The notes beneath the pieces were generated by a model that had not been told where the DNA came from, did no database searches, and worked only from the letters and a program-made list of their open reading frames with translations. From contig JAVLAV010000004.1 in NCBI GenBank assembly GCA_031580735.1, positions 583 through 64,582 of the forward strand: a stretch of DNA of 64,000 bases, in the 5' to 3' direction. This DNA comes from Marinobacter sp. (GTDB taxonomy: Bacteria > Pseudomonadota > Gammaproteobacteria > Pseudomonadales > Oleiphilaceae). The translations under genes and the position numbers were made by a program. Of the stretch, positions 59,641-64,000 are shown one piece after another. Position 1 is the stretch's first letter, and each line of letters begins with the position of its first letter.

Positions 59641-61200
59641 CTAAAAATACTTCTCAATAGGCAGCCAGGACAGAAAACGGGACTTCATTCTGGTCCAGAG
59701 CCCCACTTGCGGCTCATGATCAAAGCTTTCCTCCCCTGCTTGCCAGATCAGGTCATTGTTCTCATCCAGGCTCACCTGCCAGCTGTTCTCTGGCGCCATG
59801 GCGTAGCGAATGTCGTCGGCTACGGTTTGTGCCATTTCCGGGCTGTGGATAATCAGGATCGTCTCGCCATTCAGGTAGATCGACCGAAGGTTTACGTTGA
59901 ACGAGCCGATGAACAGGGTCTCCCGGTCAAACACCACGGCTTTGGAGTGCAGGGTTACGCCTCCGCGCTGGCAAGCTATATCTTCTGCCACCCAGCGCCG
60001 GCAGGCGGGGGAATCCGGGCGCAGTTCGTACAATTCCATGCCGTGTTCCAGCATTTCCCTTCGCCAGCGTGCGTAGCCGGAATGGTTGGTGAGCAGGTCG
60101 TTGGTGGTCAGGGAATTGGTCAGCGCACGCACTGAAATGTCCGGGTTGCTGAACCCCACTGACTCCGCCAGCTGTTTATCCGCCAGAATCAGGTAGGCCG
60201 ATTCAATCAGGATTTCCGAGTGAGCAGAGTCGACCAACCGGTACAGGGCCTTTGCGGTGGGCTTCGAGGTATCAGCGGGGGCTTCGGGGTCTTCCGGGGG
60301 AGGGTCGAACACCAGTTCGCCCGGCGCCTGGGTCATGTCTGCAAACCATGGCTCAAGCAGCTTTTTTACTGCCGGCCTTTCGCGCGGCGGGTCGGCGTGT
60401 AAGCTCAGGGGGCCAGTGGTTTCCTCGTTCAGGCGGTCCAGTATTTTCGTGAATTCGGCCTCCGTGCCCTGGTAGAGACGGTTAACCGGGTAGGCCCAGG
60501 CGTCACCCCAATAGGCCAGAAAGCTGTCAGACATGTCATCGACCAAAGGCCCCAGTACCATCACATCCCGGTCCCGGGCGTTCTTCTGCGGATCTTCGTC
60601 GAAGTATTCGTCACCAATGTTCCGGCCGCCGGTAATGCCAACATGGCCATCCACCACAAAACTCTTGTTGTGCATGCGGCGGTTGATGCGGTCGAAATTG
60701 GCCGCCAGAGAGAACAGGCGCCCCACCCCGCTTCGGGCGCGAACCGGGTTGTAAATACGCACTTCAATGTTCGGGTGGGTGTCCATGGCTGCGAACAGCG
60801 AATCCTGGCCGGCCACGTTGATATCATCCAGTAACAGCCGAACCTTTACCCCTCTGTCGGCAGCCGCTAACAGACGGCCTGCCAGGTACCGGCCGGTGGC
60901 ATCGTTGTTCCAGATGTAATACTGGGCGTCAATCCTCTCACTGGCGGCTTCTATCAACGCAGCGCGCACCAGGAAGGCATCGCGGCCCGTGTCCAGCAAG
61001 GCAAAAGCCGACTGGCCGTTGTCGGCGTTCAGGTGCTTTTGGCTTTGCTCCAGAATAAAAGACCCGGCCACCGGCGTGCCTCCCGAATCCTGTTCATGGT
61101 CAATTGGCTTCAAGGCGCTGGAGCAACCCGTCATCAGGGTTGCCAGCACCAGGGTGATCAGTTTGCGCGCAAGCATCGCCCTGTAGCCAGGCCACCCCAT
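59641..61200 (-). CDS. Phospholipase D family protein (cardiolipin synthase ClsC-like), probable lipoprotein
   Basis: Two HKD motifs (HNKSFVVD, HSKAVVFD); LMTGC lipobox. Confidence 0.9.
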   Translation of the reverse strand: MGWPGYRAMLARKLITLVLATLMTGCSSALKPIDHEQDSGGTPVAGSFILEQSQKHLNADNGQSAFALLDTGRDAFLVRAALIEAASERIDAQYYIWNNDATGRYLAGRLLAAADRGVKVRLLLDDINVAGQDSLFAAMDTHPNIEVRIYNPVRARSGVGRLFSLAANFDRINRRMHNKSFVVDGHVGITGGRNIGDEYFDEDPQKNARDRDVMVLGPLVDDMSDSFLAYWGDAWAYPVNRLYQGTEAEFTKILDRLNEETTGPLSLHADPPRERPAVKKLLEPWFADMTQAPGELVFDPPPEDPEAPADTSKPTAKALYRLVDSAHSEILIESAYLILADKQLAESVGFSNPDISVRALTNSLTTNDLLTNHSGYARWRREMLEHGMELYELRPDSPACRRWVAEDIACQRGGVTLHSKAVVFDRETLFIGSFNVNLRSIYLNGETILIIHSPEMAQTVADDIRYAMAPENSWQVSLDENNDLIWQAGEESFDHEPQVGLWTRMKSRFLSWLPIEKYF

Positions 61201-61212
61201 GATTTCCCTCCG

Positions 61213-62070
61213 CTAGCGCAGAATCACTATCGGCTTCTGCGCGGTTTTTAACATATTGGTGGTGTTACTGCCGACAAAAAACCGGCGAATGCGAGAGTGG
61301 CCGTAAGCACCCATCAACAACATATCGATATCATGTTCGTCCTGGTATTCGTGCAAAGCCGGCTCTACATCACCAGCCCGAATCGCCAGGGTGATTTCCA
61401 CGCCGAGCCCGGCCAGCATTTTCTCGGCCTGCTTCAACTGCTCCCAGCGGTCAGCGGTATCAGCGCCCACCATCACCAGATGCAGGGGCATGCCTTTCAC
61501 CACGGGACTTTGGGCAATCAGCTCCACCCCTTTGAAAGCCGCTTCGCTGCCATCGAAGGCCACCATGGCGCTTTTGGGCTCGGTATATTCATCCGGCACC
61601 AGCAATATCGGGCGGTGGGCGCTGCGAATCACCGTCTCTAGCTGGCCGCCGGGATGCAAATCCCGGTCAGAACTGCTCTCACCGTGCAGGCCCATCACAA
61701 ACAGGCGGGTGTCTTTTTCCAGGGCCAGAACCGATTCGGTCAGGGTGCCGTGCCGCTGGCGCTTGACGGCGTCTGTCAGGCCGCCGCTTTTTACGCGTTC
61801 CGCCGCTTTCTCAAGCAGGTGTTGGCCGTGCTCTCGTGCCAGCTTAGCGCGCTTCCGGTCCAGCTCTGTCAGTTCCTCCAGTAGCTGTTCCCGGCTGCCA
61901 AGGCCAATGTTCCCGGCCAAATCCGGCTCGGAGGGAGCGCCCTCTTCATCCAGAACATGCAGCAGCACCAACGGAGCGTCCGTATGCCGGCTGGCCCAGG
62001 CGCCATAGTCACACACTGCCGGCGCGGCACGGGAATCATCAATGCAGGACACTATTTGCAACATCTTCAC
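61213..62070 (-). CDS. Universal stress protein (tandem USP domains)
   Basis: CIDDS...LLHV, VMGLHG, LMGAYGHSRIRRFFVGSNT. Confidence 0.92.
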   Translation of the reverse strand: MKMLQIVSCIDDSRAAPAVCDYGAWASRHTDAPLVLLHVLDEEGAPSEPDLAGNIGLGSREQLLEELTELDRKRAKLAREHGQHLLEKAAERVKSGGLTDAVKRQRHGTLTESVLALEKDTRLFVMGLHGESSSDRDLHPGGQLETVIRSAHRPILLVPDEYTEPKSAMVAFDGSEAAFKGVELIAQSPVVKGMPLHLVMVGADTADRWEQLKQAEKMLAGLGVEITLAIRAGDVEPALHEYQDEHDIDMLLMGAYGHSRIRRFFVGSNTTNMLKTAQKPIVILR

Positions 62071-62200
62071 CTCGCCTTGGATTCGCTATGCTTGTTATTG
62101 TGACATCTGAAATTGTTATTTCGTTGCTATGGCGCATTTTTCAGTATAGTGCCCGAAACTTCAGTAACCTGCGAACCCTGACTATCCGGAGAATGCCTGC

Positions 62201-63481
62201 ATGGATGATGTAGCCAGTCAGTTCCTGACGAACAACCAGACCACCTTCCATCTGGCCATCGCCCTGTTGCTGGGCGCGATCATCGGGCTGGAGCGGGGCT
62301 GGGATGCCCGGGAACAGAAATCCGGCGAACGCATCGCCGGCATACGCACGTTTTCTCTGGTCGGCCTGCTGGGCGGCATTTCCGCGATTCTGGCCGCGGA
62401 GGTCACGGTATGGGCTTTCCCGGTGTTGCTAATCAGCGTTGTCGCCATGGGGCTGGTGGCCTACAGCGAACGCCTGGCACATATCCGGAATTTCAGCATC
62501 ACCGGCCTGGTCGGCATGGTGCTGACCTTCTGCTTCGGGGCCATTGCGGTGGCGGTTGATCCGGTGATTGCCACTGCCGCCGCCGTTGTTACCGCCATGA
62601 TCCTGGACAACAAAGCCGAAATCCACGGCTGGATCCAGAAGCTCAAATCCCATGAGCTGGATGCCGCCCTGAAATTACTGCTGATTTCGGTGGTCATGCT
62701 GCCGTTACTGCCCAACGAAAAGATGGGCCCGGGCGGCGTGCTAAATCCGCGGGAAATCTGGTACATGGTGGTGATGATCGCCTCGATTTCCTTCGTGGGC
62801 TATTTTGCCATACGGGTGGCCGGCGCCCGCAAAGGCATTCTGTTCACCAGCCTGTTTGCCGGGCTCAGTTCCTCCACCGCGCTGACTCTGCATTTCTCCC
62901 GGCAAGCCGCCAGGAATGAGGACTTCAGCCCCCAGTTCGCCGCCGGCATTCTGATTGCCTGCGGCACCATGTTTCCGCGCATTCTGATCTATTGCCTGAT
63001 CATCAACTCCGCCTTGCTGCCCAGCCTGATATGGCCGGTGGCGATAATGACACTGCTTTTATACGGCCCGGCGTTCTATATCTGGCGGAAACATTCACGC
63101 CAGGCAGAAGTCAGTCAGCCAAGCCTTAGCCAGAATCCTCTCGATCTGTCCTCAGCGCTGGTATTCGGCGTGCTGCTTACCGGTATTCTGCTGCTTGGCG
63201 AATTCCTCAAGAATGCCTTCGGCGATGCCGGTATCTATGCCCTGGCCGCCACCTCTGGCGTGGCCGACGTGGATGCCATCACGCTTTCACTTACCCGTAT
63301 GTCCAACGAAAACCTGGCAATGGGTACTGCTGTACTGGGTATTGTTATCGCAGCGGCGGTGAATAATCTGGTGAAATCCGGCATGGCCTGGAGCATAGGC
63401 AATCGCCAGACTGGCCTGCTGGTGGCGGTGCCCATGGTGTTGTCGCTGGCGGCAGGGTTGCTGGTTGCCTGGTTTCAGTAG
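62201..63481 (+). CDS. MgtC/SapB family membrane protein with DUF4010
   Basis: IGLERG...AGIRTFSL, LLPLLPN, GLSSSTA, SGVADVDAI. Confidence 0.9.
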   Translation: MDDVASQFLTNNQTTFHLAIALLLGAIIGLERGWDAREQKSGERIAGIRTFSLVGLLGGISAILAAEVTVWAFPVLLISVVAMGLVAYSERLAHIRNFSITGLVGMVLTFCFGAIAVAVDPVIATAAAVVTAMILDNKAEIHGWIQKLKSHELDAALKLLLISVVMLPLLPNEKMGPGGVLNPREIWYMVVMIASISFVGYFAIRVAGARKGILFTSLFAGLSSSTALTLHFSRQAARNEDFSPQFAAGILIACGTMFPRILIYCLIINSALLPSLIWPVAIMTLLLYGPAFYIWRKHSRQAEVSQPSLSQNPLDLSSALVFGVLLTGILLLGEFLKNAFGDAGIYALAATSGVADVDAITLSLTRMSNENLAMGTAVLGIVIAAAVNNLVKSGMAWSIGNRQTGLLVAVPMVLSLAAGLLVAWFQ

Positions 63482-63485
63482 CTTC

Positions 63486-64000
63486 TCAGCGCGCTTTGCG
63501 GAAGGTGATGTTGTAACGGCAGGCACCCGTCAAAGGATGGTCCCCCGGCTTGAGGGTTAACACGCCGTGGTAGTTCAGCCGGGCCGGCCCACCCCAGACC
63601 ACCACGTCGCCATGTTCCAGCAGAATACGCAGTGGTTTATCGCTGCGCCTCTTGCCGCCCAGCTGAAACACGATGGGTAGCCCCAAAGAGACCGATACGA
63701 TGGGCCGGGAAAAGTCCTGCTCGTCTTTATCCTGGTGCAGCCCCATTTTGGCCCCGGGCTGATAGCGGTTGATCAGGCAGGCGTCGGGTTGGAAGTCACG
63801 AAAGCCTGCTGTCTCGGCGGCTTCGGTGGCCAGGCTCATGAATGCTTCCGGCATGTCCGGCCAGGAGGCGCCGGTCTCGGGGTCTTCCCGCTGATAGCGG
63901 TAGCCACTGCGATCCGTTACCCAGCCCCATTCGCCGCAACAGGTCATGGCCGCAGACATGGTATGACCACCGGGCGTTTCCATCTGGCGAAACCGGGCCT
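63486..64000 (-). CDS. alkB: Alpha-ketoglutarate-dependent dioxygenase AlkB (5' end beyond the window)
   Basis: TPGGHTMS, PDACLINRY, MGLHQDKDE, HGV, RYNITFR; the frame stays open to the right edge. Confidence 0.95.
   Translation of the reverse strand, partial: ARFRQMETPGGHTMSAAMTCCGEWGWVTDRSGYRYQREDPETGASWPDMPEAFMSLATEAAETAGFRDFQPDACLINRYQPGAKMGLHQDKDEQDFSRPIVSVSLGLPIVFQLGGKRRSDKPLRILLEHGDVVVWGGPARLNYHGVLTLKPGDHPLTGACRYNITFRKAR

Overview
GC-rich gammaproteobacterial chromosome segment; gene content and order suggest Marinobacter (inference). Most of it is housekeeping: putA/Lrp regulator, thrS-infC-rpmI-rplT-pheST-ihfA, TAXI-TRAP transporter, pepN-nadK cluster, fadH, tRNA-Asp, recA-pncC(cinA), mutS-fdxA, alkB. 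Three items stand out. (1) About 53.95-56.73 kb is an AT-rich integron gene-cassette array with an attI-like site and four attC sites but no integrase in the window. Its cassettes encode a PIN-like protein, a HEPN-like (RxxxxH) protein, a DUF2750-like protein, and a BrnTA module whose toxin is internally deleted; the PIN and HEPN cassettes are candidate anti-phage effectors. (2) An unannotated Fur-boxed, PrrF-like small RNA at about 21507-21597 has a seed that is exactly complementary to the fdxA (Fe-S ferredoxin) 5' leader in this window. (3) A two-component system plus two-partner secretion island lies between pncC/cinA and mutS. All family assignments come from motif recognition by eye; no searches were run.
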